Below are positions 1-9,574 of a DNA stretch of 64,000 nucleotides, piece after piece. How positions within the stretch are numbered: position 1 is the first letter of the stretch; each line of letters starts with the position of its first letter. The position numbers were made by a program, and so were the translations under genes. Source of the stretch: Desulfatiglandales bacterium (lineage in GTDB: Bacteria; Desulfobacterota; DSM-4660; Desulfatiglandales; Desulfatiglandaceae); the NCBI GenBank assembly GCA_963662465.1, contig OY759599.1, forward strand, positions 1,184,001 to 1,248,000, given 5' to 3'. The notes under the pieces were generated by a model. The model worked only from the letters and a program-made list of their open reading frames with translations. It did no database searches and was not told where the DNA came from.

Positions 1-35
1 CGAGGTACAGGTGTTTTTTTAAGGATACGAAGACC

Positions 36-1058
36 ATGAACACTAACTGTAAAATATCGACTCGTCAGGAAACCGGCCTCATACAGGTTTACACAATCCC
101 TTCAAAAAAACCCAATTATGCCCCCTTTGGTCTGGCCCTTCGCGCCTCAGGCTATGGGCTTCGTACGCTCATTACACGCTTTGCTCCCCATGACCTTATG
201 GGTGGAGAAGAACAGGCCTGTGCGGTTCTTGCTCCAAACCTGGTGATTGACGCCACAGCCCTGGAGGGTTTCGATATTATAGAAGGAAGGGCAAAGGTTG
301 CCTTTCAAAAAGCCGGAACCATCGCTGTGTCCGGCGCCTATGACATCGTGGTCCTGGACGGTGTCCTTGATTTGGTTTCAAGAGGCGTGGTTTCGTTGTA
401 TGAGATCCTTGGGTTGATGCGGGAAAAAGCGGCCCACGTGGAGTTGGTGCTGACGGGATCTGAAGCTGCGGGTGAGATCATGGAGGGGGCTCATCTGGTC
501 ACGGAAATGACGGTGCGGACGCCGGCCCGGGATGAAAATCCAGGCCCCATCGAAGTGGTGACAGGCAAGGGAAAAGGAAAGACCACCTACTGCCTGGGAA
601 AGGCGCTTCTCATGAGCAGTATGAATGTGCCCTCCTTTATCCTTCAGGTTATCAAGTCTCCCAAGCCCTATGGAGAGGTCATGGCTATTAAAAATCTGCC
701 CGCACTTGAGATTGAGACCATGGGAAAGGGGTTTGTAAACAAAGAAAATCCCGGTGCGGACCCCACCCATGAGGAAGCGGCGCGGGAAGCGTGGGAGCGG
801 GGAAAAGAAATCATATTGTCTTCCCGCTACGGGCTGGTGGTTCTGGATGAAATCAATATTGCCGTAAATTATGGTTTTATTCACCCCCAAGAGGTTCAGG
901 ATTTGCTCCTCAAGAAACCGAAGGCCGTGCATCTGCTGCTGGGTGGACGATATGCCCATCCCGACGTGATGGACGTTGCAACTGTGGTTATGGAAATGAA
1001 AGAGATCAAGCATCCCTTCAAGAATGGCGTTAAGGCGAGAAGGGGAATCGAATACTGA
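36..1058 (+). CDS. cobO: Cob(I)alamin adenosyltransferase (CobO/BtuR family), tandem two-domain form
   Basis: The C-terminal half has VTGKGKGKTT, VVLDEIN and KHPF..G..A..GIEY. The N-terminal half repeats the fold (GLIQVYT, GLALRASGYG, YDIVVLDG, ELVLTG, AHLVTEM). Confidence 0.88.
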   Translation: MNTNCKISTRQETGLIQVYTIPSKKPNYAPFGLALRASGYGLRTLITRFAPHDLMGGEEQACAVLAPNLVIDATALEGFDIIEGRAKVAFQKAGTIAVSGAYDIVVLDGVLDLVSRGVVSLYEILGLMREKAAHVELVLTGSEAAGEIMEGAHLVTEMTVRTPARDENPGPIEVVTGKGKGKTTYCLGKALLMSSMNVPSFILQVIKSPKPYGEVMAIKNLPALEIETMGKGFVNKENPGADPTHEEAAREAWERGKEIILSSRYGLVVLDEINIAVNYGFIHPQEVQDLLLKKPKAVHLLLGGRYAHPDVMDVATVVMEMKEIKHPFKNGVKARRGIEY

Positions 1059-1090
1059 GTTAAATATGAAGATTGGTGGGGGCTTTTAAA

Positions 1091-1426
1091 GTGCGAGAGT
1101 TGATTTCTATTGTGTCTTTTCTTATGGCCGTAATTGGCGGATTATCAACCATGTTTCATGAGGATAGAGACAAACAGACAATGGGTTCAATTGTCGCGGG
1201 TGTGTTTTTGCTCTCTTTTTTCATAAACGTCAGACAAGAACCTGTACTTATTCTCCAAATAGCCTGTATGGCGGCATTTGCAATGGCGGTAACAGGCGGG
1301 ATCGTCACGATCTTCAGTAACGATGAGAACAGACGAACAGGCGCCATTGGAACGGGGGTCGTCTCTTTGGGAACAACGCTGATAATCCTCTTTATGTACT
1401 TGGAATTCGGTCCAATTTTATTTTAG
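1091..1426 (+). CDS. Small 4-TM membrane protein with internal duplication
   Basis: Four hydrophobic stretches and two similar halves (MAVIGGLSTMFHEDRDKQT / MAVTGGIVTIFSNDENRRT). GTG start at 1091 is assumed. Confidence 0.6.
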   Translation: MRELISIVSFLMAVIGGLSTMFHEDRDKQTMGSIVAGVFLLSFFINVRQEPVLILQIACMAAFAMAVTGGIVTIFSNDENRRTGAIGTGVVSLGTTLIILFMYLEFGPILF

Positions 1427-1537
1427 CAACCCTTTTCCCGACAATAGATGGGGAACGCAAGGGCGTGGTGGATATCCGTTGGATGGCTTTATGAAACCGG
1501 AAATTATAAGAAAAAATGCCTAAAAAAAATAAATAGC

Positions 1538-1565
1538 TTGCTTTCTCAATATAAAGTGTTACCAT
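1538..1565 (+). promoter_or_regulatory. Putative sigma70 promoter of csp gene
   Basis: TTGCTT-N16-TACCAT about 125 nt upstream of the csp start, consistent with the long 5'UTR typical of csp genes. Strong AAGGAGG RBS at 1677-1683. Confidence 0.4.
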
Positions 1566-1690
1566 TGGAAGATCAATACGGACCCACCTGCAGTTTGTGG
1601 GGTGGTTTTTTCTGAAGGAACAGATTATTTTTCAGTGTCATATCCTCCAGTCTAAAATATTGAGCAATTTATAGAAAGGAGGATATTACT

Positions 1691-1891
1691 ATGAGTAACG
1701 GAACAGTGAAGTGGTTTAACGACCAAAAAGGATTCGGCTTTATCGAGCAGGAAAATGGACCCGATGTGTTTGTTCATCATTCAGCGATCAATGCAAGCGG
1801 CTTTAAAAGTCTCAGCGAAGGTGATAGGGTTACCTTTGACATTGAACAAGGGCAAAAAGGCCCTTCCGCGGCAAATGTCACGGTAAGCTAG
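1691..1891 (+). CDS. cspA: Cold-shock protein (CspA family)
   Basis: GTVKWFN, KGFGFI, DVFVHHS and GQKGP motifs. Confidence 0.96.
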   Translation: MSNGTVKWFNDQKGFGFIEQENGPDVFVHHSAINASGFKSLSEGDRVTFDIEQGQKGPSAANVTVS

Positions 1892-1918
1892 ATTTAGCAA
1901 TACCTGTAAAGAGTAAAG

Positions 1919-1954
1919 AAAGGGCATGCTCCCAAGCTTGGGAGCATGCCCTTT
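1919..1954. terminator. Bidirectional intrinsic terminator
   Basis: Perfect palindrome AAAGGGCATGCTCCCAAG/CTTGGGAGCATGCCCTTT with A and T tails, between convergent genes. Confidence 0.85.
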
Positions 1955-2030
1955 TTGCTGTTTTAGGCATTCGCAAAACCGCCCATTAAAAGACGTGCGT
2001 CCGACATGGTGTTGATCTCCCAAAAAGAGT

Positions 2031-2520
2031 TTACATTGAGAAAAATGGGTTTACGATAAAATACAGTCCCATACATCCGATGAGACCCCCAGCCCCTTTT
2101 CGAAACCAGTTGCCGGCCCCCTGCCAGCGGTTGTTTTCCAACACCCGCTGGACCGCTGCGGTGGAACTTCCCGCCGCCACAATGGAAAGACAGTGCCCGA
2201 CGGCAAAGAGCAGGATTAACATCATGCCCGTGGCCACCTTCTCCTGAACCGTGACAATGGCCAGGATGGGGGCGATGAATCCGAAGGTGCAGGAGCCGGA
2301 CAGGATTCCGTAGGCCAGACCCAGCACCAGTGCCCCCAACATGCCGCGAAGTTTAACCCTGGAGAGGAGATTTCCGGACATGACGCATTTTTCAACGCCG
2401 AGCATGCCCAGTGCTACCCAGACCAGGACCAGACCCAGCAGGATCTGGCAGTAGTTGCCCACGTCTCCCAGCATCCTCCCCAGCAAGGCGCAGATGATGC
2501 CGATGAACGCGATGGAGGGG
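2031..2520 (-). pseudogene. 5'-truncated cytochrome c biogenesis CcdA/DsbD-TM protein
   Basis: Has SGSCTFGFIAP and the C-terminal TM helices. The frame reads SIAFIGIICALLGRMLG directly after the upstream thioredoxin stop. The N-terminal PC motif, a proper start and an RBS are absent. Confidence 0.7.
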
Positions 2521-2526
2521 TATCCT

Positions 2527-2943
2527 TCAACTGATCCCCATCTTTTTCAACTGGGAAACAATCTCCGCTTCTCCCATGAACCCGGTATGGCGGTAGACTT
2601 CCCTGCCGTTTTTATCAAAAAATATCTGGGTGGGGATAGCGCTGATGCCGAAACGTTTGGCCGGTTCCTTGTCCTTCCAGACATCGATGAATACGATAGC
2701 CGCCTTTCCTCGATAGACTTTTTCGAGCCTGGTGATGATGGGCATCATCATTTTGCAGGGAATGCAGGCGTCCGCGCCCAGATCCACCAGGGTCGCCATC
2801 CCCTTGACCGGAACAACGCCGGTGGGTTGCGGATGGGATACCTGGGGTTCCTCGGATGAGCAGCCGTAAGACAAAAGGCCCATGAACCCCAGAAGCAGCA
2901 AGCGGTACAATTTTTTTTTGATATTACCCTTCACCGTATTCAC
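2527..2943 (-). CDS. Thioredoxin-family (lipo)protein
   Basis: DLGADACIPCKMM CxxC motif, AIPTQIF, lipobox-like LSYGC. Confidence 0.88.
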   Translation of the reverse strand: MNTVKGNIKKKLYRLLLLGFMGLLSYGCSSEEPQVSHPQPTGVVPVKGMATLVDLGADACIPCKMMMPIITRLEKVYRGKAAIVFIDVWKDKEPAKRFGISAIPTQIFFDKNGREVYRHTGFMGEAEIVSQLKKMGIS

Positions 2944-2974
2944 CCTCTTTCATAAATTGTTCAATGACCTTTGT

Positions 2975-3208
2975 TTATTTGCTGATCCATCCCTTGATGT
3001 CATCCTTTGAAGGGACCTTGCCAACGCATTTAACCTCCCCGTCCACCACCACGGCGGGGGTCATGAAAACGCCATGTTTGGCAATTTCCATGACGTTTTT
3101 GACCTTGATCACGGAGGCCTCTACATTTAACGTCTGTATCACTTCTTTGACCCGTGTTTCCGTTTGCTCGCATTTGGGGCATCCCGGTCCCAGCACTTTG
3201 ATTTCCAT
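2975..3208 (-). CDS. Small redox-active disulfide protein (MTH895-like thioredoxin)
   Basis: MEIKVLGPGCPKC...TPAVVVDGEV..VGKVPS. Confidence 0.92.
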   Translation of the reverse strand: MEIKVLGPGCPKCEQTETRVKEVIQTLNVEASVIKVKNVMEIAKHGVFMTPAVVVDGEVKCVGKVPSKDDIKGWISK

Positions 3209-3250
3209 AATTGTATTCCTTTCTTTCCGTGATTTAGAAATTTTAAAGAT

Positions 3251-4423
3251 TTAACCCGCGATTGCGCCATAAATCATTCCCGCAATGGTACTCAAAATAA
3301 CGATGATCGTGCAGAAAACCGCCGTCTTTTTAGCCCCCATGACGCCTCCGATGACCAGCATGTTGGGCAGGGAGAGGGCTGGCCCCGCCAGCAAAAGGGA
3401 GAGGGCCGGGCCCTTTCCCATGCCCGCGCCCAGAAGCCCTTGAAGGATGGGCACTTCCGTGAGGGTGGCAAAGTACATGAGTGCGCCGGAGACTGCGGCA
3501 AAAAGGTTCGCCCACAGGGAGTTTCCGCCCACAAGGTTCTCGATATACTGATCGGGGATCAGGGCCGGATGTCCGGGCCTGCCCAGCATGAATCCCGCCA
3601 CCAGGACCCCGGCACCCAGAAGGGGAAAGATCTGTTTCATAAAGCCCCAGGTGGACTGGACCCAGATGACGCGTTCTTCCTTGATGAACCAGGCTTTAAG
3701 CATAAACCCCAAAATGACCAGGAGCCCAGCGGTAATGACCCATTTGGCGGCGAAGATAGCAGGCCATAAGCCAGTGGACCCTTCGGCCGGTCTGGCAAAG
3801 GCGGCAAAGATTAAAATCAGCACCATGGTGAGCATGAAAAGGGCATCCTGGGCAAGGGTTCGTCCGGTTCCCTCGTCATCGGGCAAAAATATTTCTCCCT
3901 TGGCTCTGGCTGCGTCGTCTTTTCGAAAGATAAAAGCCATCAGCAGACCGGTGATGACGGCAAAGAGGACCGCGCCGATGGCTCGGGCCAGTCCCAGTTG
4001 CCAGCCCAGGATCCGGGCCGTGAGTACGATAGCCAGCACGTTAATGGCCGGACCCGAATAGAGAAAGGCCGTTGCGGGACCGATGCCGGCGCCGCGTGAA
4101 TAAATCCCCGCAAAAAGAGGGAGTACGGTGCAGGAACAGACCGCAAGCACCGTTCCCGAAACAGAGGCCACCGAATAGGAGAGAATTTTCCTGGCGGTGG
4201 CGCCGAAGTATTTGAGGACGGATGCCTGACTTACGAATACTGCGATTCCACCCGCGATGAAGAATGCGGGGATAAGACAGGTAAGTACATGTTGACGGGC
4301 GTATTCCTGGAGCATCATGAAGGCCTCCAGGCCGGACCGGCGAATGACGGGGCTTGCCCAGGGCACGTAGTAGGCGGCGCCGAAGATCAATATAATCAAG
4401 AGCAGTTTCCATTTTTCCTTCAT
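3251..4423 (-). CDS. ArsP/DUF318-family permease
   Basis: LAVCSCTVLPLF, AFLYSGPAIN, MYFATLTEVP and LLLAGPALSLP motifs, in an ArsR-permease-thioredoxin context. Confidence 0.88.
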   Translation of the reverse strand: MKEKWKLLLIILIFGAAYYVPWASPVIRRSGLEAFMMLQEYARQHVLTCLIPAFFIAGGIAVFVSQASVLKYFGATARKILSYSVASVSGTVLAVCSCTVLPLFAGIYSRGAGIGPATAFLYSGPAINVLAIVLTARILGWQLGLARAIGAVLFAVITGLLMAFIFRKDDAARAKGEIFLPDDEGTGRTLAQDALFMLTMVLILIFAAFARPAEGSTGLWPAIFAAKWVITAGLLVILGFMLKAWFIKEERVIWVQSTWGFMKQIFPLLGAGVLVAGFMLGRPGHPALIPDQYIENLVGGNSLWANLFAAVSGALMYFATLTEVPILQGLLGAGMGKGPALSLLLAGPALSLPNMLVIGGVMGAKKTAVFCTIIVILSTIAGMIYGAIAG

Positions 4424-4519
4424 GACGCTTCCTCCCGATGCTGTTTAATAATCTTGGAATAGGTTTTTTTAATGCGTAAATAACAATTTAGTAATATTTA
4501 AACCCCAAAAAAAAACAGG

Positions 4520-4833
4520 CTACCGTTTGCAGATATCCACCCTGTTGATAAACGGGAGCCGATCCACCAGGCGGGAAACCTCATCATCTGTTTCCATCCA
4601 GTGACGAAGGTGCTGCCATCCGTAAGAAAGTAATCCACCCACAAACCGTCCTTCTTATAATCAACTAACCCGGCCCTTTCCAGAATCTTGAGATGCTTGC
4701 TGACGGTGGGCTGGGAAACCTGGAGGGCTTCCCGCAGTTCGCAGACGCACATGGAGCGGTGTTGAAGTATTTTTACGATCTTGACCCGATTGGGATCGGA
4801 AAGGGCTTTCATTACCTCGGTAAATCTTTTCAT
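4520..4833 (-). pseudogene. arsR: ArsR/SmtB regulator with a frameshifting deletion near the 3' end
   Basis: KALSDPNR, CVCEL and SQPTVSKHL HTH. After DGST (~4610) a plausible natural C-terminus LRHWMETDDEVSRLVDRLPFINRVDICKR* lies in another frame, ending at 4520. Confidence 0.75.
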
Positions 4834-5006
4834 GTTGAACTCCTGAATTCTTTTTTTGGAATATAGTATCTGATGATCCGGCTGTCAAGATTTTTTTACC
4901 GGGATCTCGGCCATTTAAAAAAAAGGCCTAAAACAAATGGCCGGACCTTGCGGAACTGTCTCTTACTGTGATAGATTTAGAAAAGGGTGCAGTTGTTAAA
5001 CGTTAT

Positions 5007-5540
5007 TCAGGGCAGAAAAATGTTTTTACGGTAGTAGATCAGTTCGTCGATGGATTCCCGGATGTCGCTTAATGCCAGGTGTGTTTTTTTCTTTTCAAAC
5101 CGAGGAAGACAGGGATACCATCGTTTGAACAGTTCTTTGATGGCACTGACGTCGATGTTGCGGTAATGGAAGAAATTCTCCAACGTCGGCATGTGTTTCA
5201 CCAGAAAGCGGCGGTCCTGGCCGATGGAATTGCCGCAGAGAGGGGAATCGCCCTTTTTACAGTATTGGGAAAGGAACGAAAGGGTCTCCGTTTCGGCCTG
5301 GGCACAATTATAAGGGGAGGCCTTGATGCGATCCGTCAGCCCCGAGGCCTGGTGGTGTTCAAGACTCCAGGGTTCCATGGCGGACAGGACAGCATCGGGA
5401 TGGTTGATGGCGATGTCCGGTCCCTCGGCTACCACGTTGAGCTGGTCATCAGTTATAATGGATGCGATTTCTACGATCACGTAGGTTTCAGGATCCAGGC
5501 CGGTCATTTCCAGGTCGATCCAGATGAGATGTTTTGTCAC
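5007..5540 (-). CDS. orn: Oligoribonuclease
   Basis: LIWIDLEMTGLD, LCGNSI..DRRFL, HYRNIDVS and H.ALSDIRESI. Likely GTG start at 5540 after GGAGG. Confidence 0.95.
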   Translation of the reverse strand: MTKHLIWIDLEMTGLDPETYVIVEIASIITDDQLNVVAEGPDIAINHPDAVLSAMEPWSLEHHQASGLTDRIKASPYNCAQAETETLSFLSQYCKKGDSPLCGNSIGQDRRFLVKHMPTLENFFHYRNIDVSAIKELFKRWYPCLPRFEKKKTHLALSDIRESIDELIYYRKNIFLP

Positions 5541-5554
5541 GGTTGCCTCCTGCG

Positions 5555-5607
5555 CTGTATAGTTTAAAAGTGAAAAGTGGACCACTTTTCACTTTTAAAC
5601 TATACAG
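5555..5607. repeat. Perfect inverted repeat (26-bp arms, 1-nt centre)
   Basis: CTGTATAGTTTAAAAGTGAAAAGTGG-A-CCACTTTTCACTTTTAAACTATACAG between divergent genes. Confidence 0.95.
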
Positions 5608-5663
5608 GTTCTTCGTGCCGGGGGCCAGAGATATTTAAAAAATGGGAAAGGAAGGAAATCGCT

Positions 5664-6059
5664 ATGAGCGAATCAAACCGGAAAGTTGAAGGTCTTAAGA
5701 AAGTCACCCTGCTTCTTGAGGCGGGGACCCATGAAAAGAAAATGGATTTGACGCCGGAGCCGGTCTCCTTCAGGCTTGTGGTGGGTGTTGGGCCCGAGGG
5801 ATATACGACCTTTGAATATGAGTTGTTGGGCAAGAAAGTGGGCGATATCCTTCGTTTTGAAATTCGGGGTTGGCGTTTTGATGAGATGTTCGGACGTCTG
5901 GCGATTCCCCTGCCTGAAAAGGTCAGGCATATGGACGTTTTTTTCATGAAAGCGACGGTCTATAACATTGAAGATGCGGATCAATCCGAGATTGTCCGGG
6001 CCATGGCCGGCCGCGTGACGGATTGCGGCGGTGGCGGCGGTTGTTGCGGCAAGCATTAA
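5664..6059 (+). CDS. Hypothetical protein, degenerate FKBP/SlyD-like with Cys/His tail
   Basis: FRLVVGVG...FEYELLGKKVGD resembles the FKBP core. C-terminal DCGGGGGCCGKH. Confidence 0.55.
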   Translation: MSESNRKVEGLKKVTLLLEAGTHEKKMDLTPEPVSFRLVVGVGPEGYTTFEYELLGKKVGDILRFEIRGWRFDEMFGRLAIPLPEKVRHMDVFFMKATVYNIEDADQSEIVRAMAGRVTDCGGGGGCCGKH

Positions 6060-6075
6060 CCATAAGGATCCTTGT

Positions 6076-6184
6076 AAACCCTCATGACAAGGGGATTTGC
6101 CACCCCCGCGGATGAAAATAACATCTACCGCTTTTAAGCTAACGGCTAATAGCTAACTGCTAACGGCTGTATTTTCATGGTAAA
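6076..6184 (+). repeat. Dispersed ~105-bp intergenic element with GCTAACN heptamers (copy 1)
   Basis: Matches the reverse complement of 30708-30810. Internal ATGAAAAT...ATTTTCAT inverted ends enclose 4 heptamers. Confidence 0.85.
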
Positions 6185-6186
6185 TT

Positions 6187-7161
6187 ATGACACCCGATGA
6201 AGAAAAACTGATTTCAGATTGGCATAGGGCGCTTTTCACTAAAATTCCCATTACGTGTGTTGTTTCAGATGATGATCGAAGCGGCATGTTCAGGACCTTT
6301 TGTGAGCAACTGTCGTTGTTGGCGCCAAATGTTGTGGCGACATACCGGAAAGGGGATGACGCAAAACAACCGCCGTCCCTTGAGATCCATCACGGTCTCA
6401 TTTATCACGCCGTTCCTCTGGGTCCCGAGCTGGGGCCGTTCCTGGATGTCCTTTCGTGGTCCGGCAAGGCGCCGCCGTCTGTTTCCGAAAGTGCCGCCGC
6501 CCAATTGGAACGTCTGAAAATCCCATGTTTTTTGAAACTGTTTATCGCGTCTGAGTGTCCCCATTGTCCCAAAATGGTTCAGGAACTGGCGCCCTTGGTC
6601 CTGGTAAACGAGTGGGTGAAGCTTACCATTGTCGACGGTTTGCTCTTTCCGGAAATGGCGGAACCGCTGGGCATTAAATCGGCGCCCACCCTTCTTTTTG
6701 ACGAACGCATGCGCTGGACGGGTCAAGTGCCCTTGAAGGAAATTCTGGACGTTGTTTTGAACCAGGACCCTTCTCTGATCAGTGCGTTATCCATTGAAAG
6801 CCTGCTGGGGGAAGGACAGGCTGGTCTGTTAGCCCATATGATGATGGAACAGGGAACGATTTTCCCCAGCTTTTATGAACTGCTGACCTCTGAGAAATGG
6901 TCTGTTCGATTGGGCGCCATGGTGGTCATTGAAGAAATCATTGAACAGGACAAACCCTTGGCCGAGCAATGCGTGGAGCCTCTCTGGGAAAGATTTCCTA
7001 CGCTTAATGAGCAGGTTAGAGGGGACGTGGTTTATATCCTCGGGGAAGCGGGAAACCGGGATACCATTCTCAAGCTGGAAACGGTTTTGTCAGGACCCTA
7101 CAGCCGTGAAACCCGGGAAGCGGCGGAAGAAGCGCTGGAAACCATCACCCGAAAGGTATGA
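6187..7161 (+). CDS. Thioredoxin-fold protein (AhpF-NTD/PDO-like) with C-terminal HEAT-like repeats
   Basis: FIASECPHCP and IKSAPTL; helical tail VRGDVVYILGEAG...REAAEEALE. Confidence 0.75.
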   Translation: MTPDEEKLISDWHRALFTKIPITCVVSDDDRSGMFRTFCEQLSLLAPNVVATYRKGDDAKQPPSLEIHHGLIYHAVPLGPELGPFLDVLSWSGKAPPSVSESAAAQLERLKIPCFLKLFIASECPHCPKMVQELAPLVLVNEWVKLTIVDGLLFPEMAEPLGIKSAPTLLFDERMRWTGQVPLKEILDVVLNQDPSLISALSIESLLGEGQAGLLAHMMMEQGTIFPSFYELLTSEKWSVRLGAMVVIEEIIEQDKPLAEQCVEPLWERFPTLNEQVRGDVVYILGEAGNRDTILKLETVLSGPYSRETREAAEEALETITRKV

Positions 7162-7231
7162 ATGTCTTGTAATCGTCAAGAGGCTTGGGATGTTCTCAGC
7201 TGCTAAATTTCACCTGGAAACCGATAATGCC

Positions 7232-9574
7232 ATGAAAAGAAAAATTGAATTACTGGCGCCAGGTGGCGATATTGATGCTATCAAAGCGGCAATTGCAGCA
7301 GGGGCGGATGCCATATACTGTGGCCTGAGTAAATTCAATGCCAGGGACAGGGCAACCAATATCAATTTTGAAGATTTAAATGGGATTTTAAATCTTGCTC
7401 ATAGAAATAATTGCAAAGTCTTTTTAACCCTTAATATCATTATCGTTGAAGGTGAAATCAGAGCCCTTATAAACTTATTGAACAAACTGATTAATACCAG
7501 TATCGATGGCGTAATTGTTCAGGATTTAGGACTGTTTTATCTATTGTCCAAATATTTCAAAGGTCTTAAAATACATGCATCTACTCAACTTACGACTCAT
7601 AATGAAGGTCAGATAAAGTTTTTAAGTAAACTAACGGCTACCCAGGTTAATCTCTCAAGAGAGTTAAATATTAATGAGATAAAAGACTTAACGTTGGTTG
7701 GACATGAAAACAATATTTTAACTGAAATTTTTGTCCATGGTTCCTACTGTATCTCTTTTTCAGGCATTTGTTATATGAGTTCTGTTCTTGGCGGGAAGTC
7801 GGGAAATCGCGGTAGATGTAGTCAACCCTGTCGAGATAGATATTTAACGACGCCCAAAGGTAAAAATTTCCCCCTTAATCTTAAAGATAACTCAGCATAT
7901 TTTGATCTGAATGAAATATATGATGCAGGCGTTGCCTCACTAAAAATAGAAGGAAGAATGAAGAAGTTTGAATACGTATATACGGTTGTGAATTGCTGGA
8001 AAAAACAACTTCTTAGTTTTTATAATCAAAATATTCTAAATACTGATAATAGAGATCTTTATACGGTGTTTAACCGAGATTTTTCAAATTCCTATCTGAA
8101 GGGAGATATCGATAACGATATGTTTATTGATAATCCCATGGATAATTCAATTAAACATCTCTCTGGAATTGGTCATTATGCTACGAATAATAAAACGGTA
8201 AATGATCCAACAGAATTTTATGAAGAAAAATCAGACATTACAATTAACGTTAAAAATATAATAAGACAATTAAGTATCGCTAAAGTTCCTTTAATATTAA
8301 GTATTTCAGGGGAATTTGGCGTTCCTTTAAAAGTATCTGTAAAAACGCCGGACGCTTCATTTATCGTGCTTTCAGAAACTAATCTTGAAAATGCCGGTAC
8401 ATACGCTCTAAACCGGCATAGTTCGAACCAAGGGGATGAGGCAAAAACAATACTGCCAGGCCGTAAAAATCTTCCCCAAAAAAACAAGAAAGGCAGTACT
8501 AAGTGCTTAAATTACGATATGTTGTTTGAAAGGTTTAAAGCCTTAAATAACACGGAATATTACATTAAGCATCTAGGATTGGAAAATCTTCAAAGTGATC
8601 TTTTTGTACCTTTTAAAGAACTCACTTCAATAAAAAAAAGAATTTTGTTTGTTTTAAATGGTTCAAAAGAAATTGTTGATCCAATTGATTTTCCATTCTT
8701 AAAAAAAACAATTACATTAAAAACGAAACCCGATCTTGCGGTATTAATCTCCTCAAAAAAAGATTTAAACTTGTATCATAATACATCCGCAAATATATTT
8801 TTTGAAATTCCAAATTGTTCTAAAGATGAACATCATGAATTGATAGATCTTTTTTTAAAAAATAAAAAATTAATGCCATGGTTCCCATCTATTTTAATAG
8901 GGGAAAACAATAATGCCGCAGTGGAATTTCTTAAAAAGGTAGAACCCAAACTGATTGTAACAAACAATACCGGAATCGCCTATGAAGCTTGTCAAAAAGG
9001 AATTCCCTGGATAGCGGGACCCTATCTTAATATTGTTAATTCCTTTAGTCTTTTATGTTTAAAAGAAAATTTTAACTGTTATGGGTCATTTATTTCAAAT
9101 GAAATAAGTAAAAAACAGATAAGAATTATCAAAAACCCTGACAGCGTCAAACTATACTATAGCATATACCATCCTATTTTACTTCTCAGCAGCAGGCAAT
9201 GTTTGTTTTCTCAGGTGATTGGGTGTGAAAAAAACAGAATTGATGAGGCATGTATTCAAAACTGTCATAGATCTTCATCCATTACAAATTTAGAAAAGGT
9301 TTCTCTTTTTATTGAAAAAACAAAGGGAAACTATCCTTGTATTTATAATAATCATAATTTCTTGAATACAGATATCGTTACTGATTTACCGGATATGTTT
9401 TCCAGTTTTTTTATCGATTTAAGGGATATAAAAACCGAAACTAAAATAGAGATGAATAAAACCGGAATCGTAACGCTTTTTCAAAATCTTCTAAATGGAA
9501 ATCCCGATTCAAAAAAGGAACTTAAAAAAATTATTCATCCCTCAACCAACGTCCAATATGTTAAAGGAATCTAA
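7232..9574 (+). CDS. Peptidase U32 family protein (RlhA-like long form)
   Basis: IELLAPGG, GADAIYCG, HASTQ, HGSYCISFSGIC..SGNRGRCSQPCR and LKIEGR. The true start is likely ATG 7232, not 6929. Markedly AT-rich. Confidence 0.88.
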   Translation: MKRKIELLAPGGDIDAIKAAIAAGADAIYCGLSKFNARDRATNINFEDLNGILNLAHRNNCKVFLTLNIIIVEGEIRALINLLNKLINTSIDGVIVQDLGLFYLLSKYFKGLKIHASTQLTTHNEGQIKFLSKLTATQVNLSRELNINEIKDLTLVGHENNILTEIFVHGSYCISFSGICYMSSVLGGKSGNRGRCSQPCRDRYLTTPKGKNFPLNLKDNSAYFDLNEIYDAGVASLKIEGRMKKFEYVYTVVNCWKKQLLSFYNQNILNTDNRDLYTVFNRDFSNSYLKGDIDNDMFIDNPMDNSIKHLSGIGHYATNNKTVNDPTEFYEEKSDITINVKNIIRQLSIAKVPLILSISGEFGVPLKVSVKTPDASFIVLSETNLENAGTYALNRHSSNQGDEAKTILPGRKNLPQKNKKGSTKCLNYDMLFERFKALNNTEYYIKHLGLENLQSDLFVPFKELTSIKKRILFVLNGSKEIVDPIDFPFLKKTITLKTKPDLAVLISSKKDLNLYHNTSANIFFEIPNCSKDEHHELIDLFLKNKKLMPWFPSILIGENNNAAVEFLKKVEPKLIVTNNTGIAYEACQKGIPWIAGPYLNIVNSFSLLCLKENFNCYGSFISNEISKKQIRIIKNPDSVKLYYSIYHPILLLSSRQCLFSQVIGCEKNRIDEACIQNCHRSSSITNLEKVSLFIEKTKGNYPCIYNNHNFLNTDIVTDLPDMFSSFFIDLRDIKTETKIEMNKTGIVTLFQNLLNGNPDSKKELKKIIHPSTNVQYVKGI

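Noticed and set aside
6929..7231. N-terminal extension of the U32 ORF given in the ORF track
   Set aside because: It overlaps the upstream gene. The family-typical start MKRKIELLAP is at 7232.
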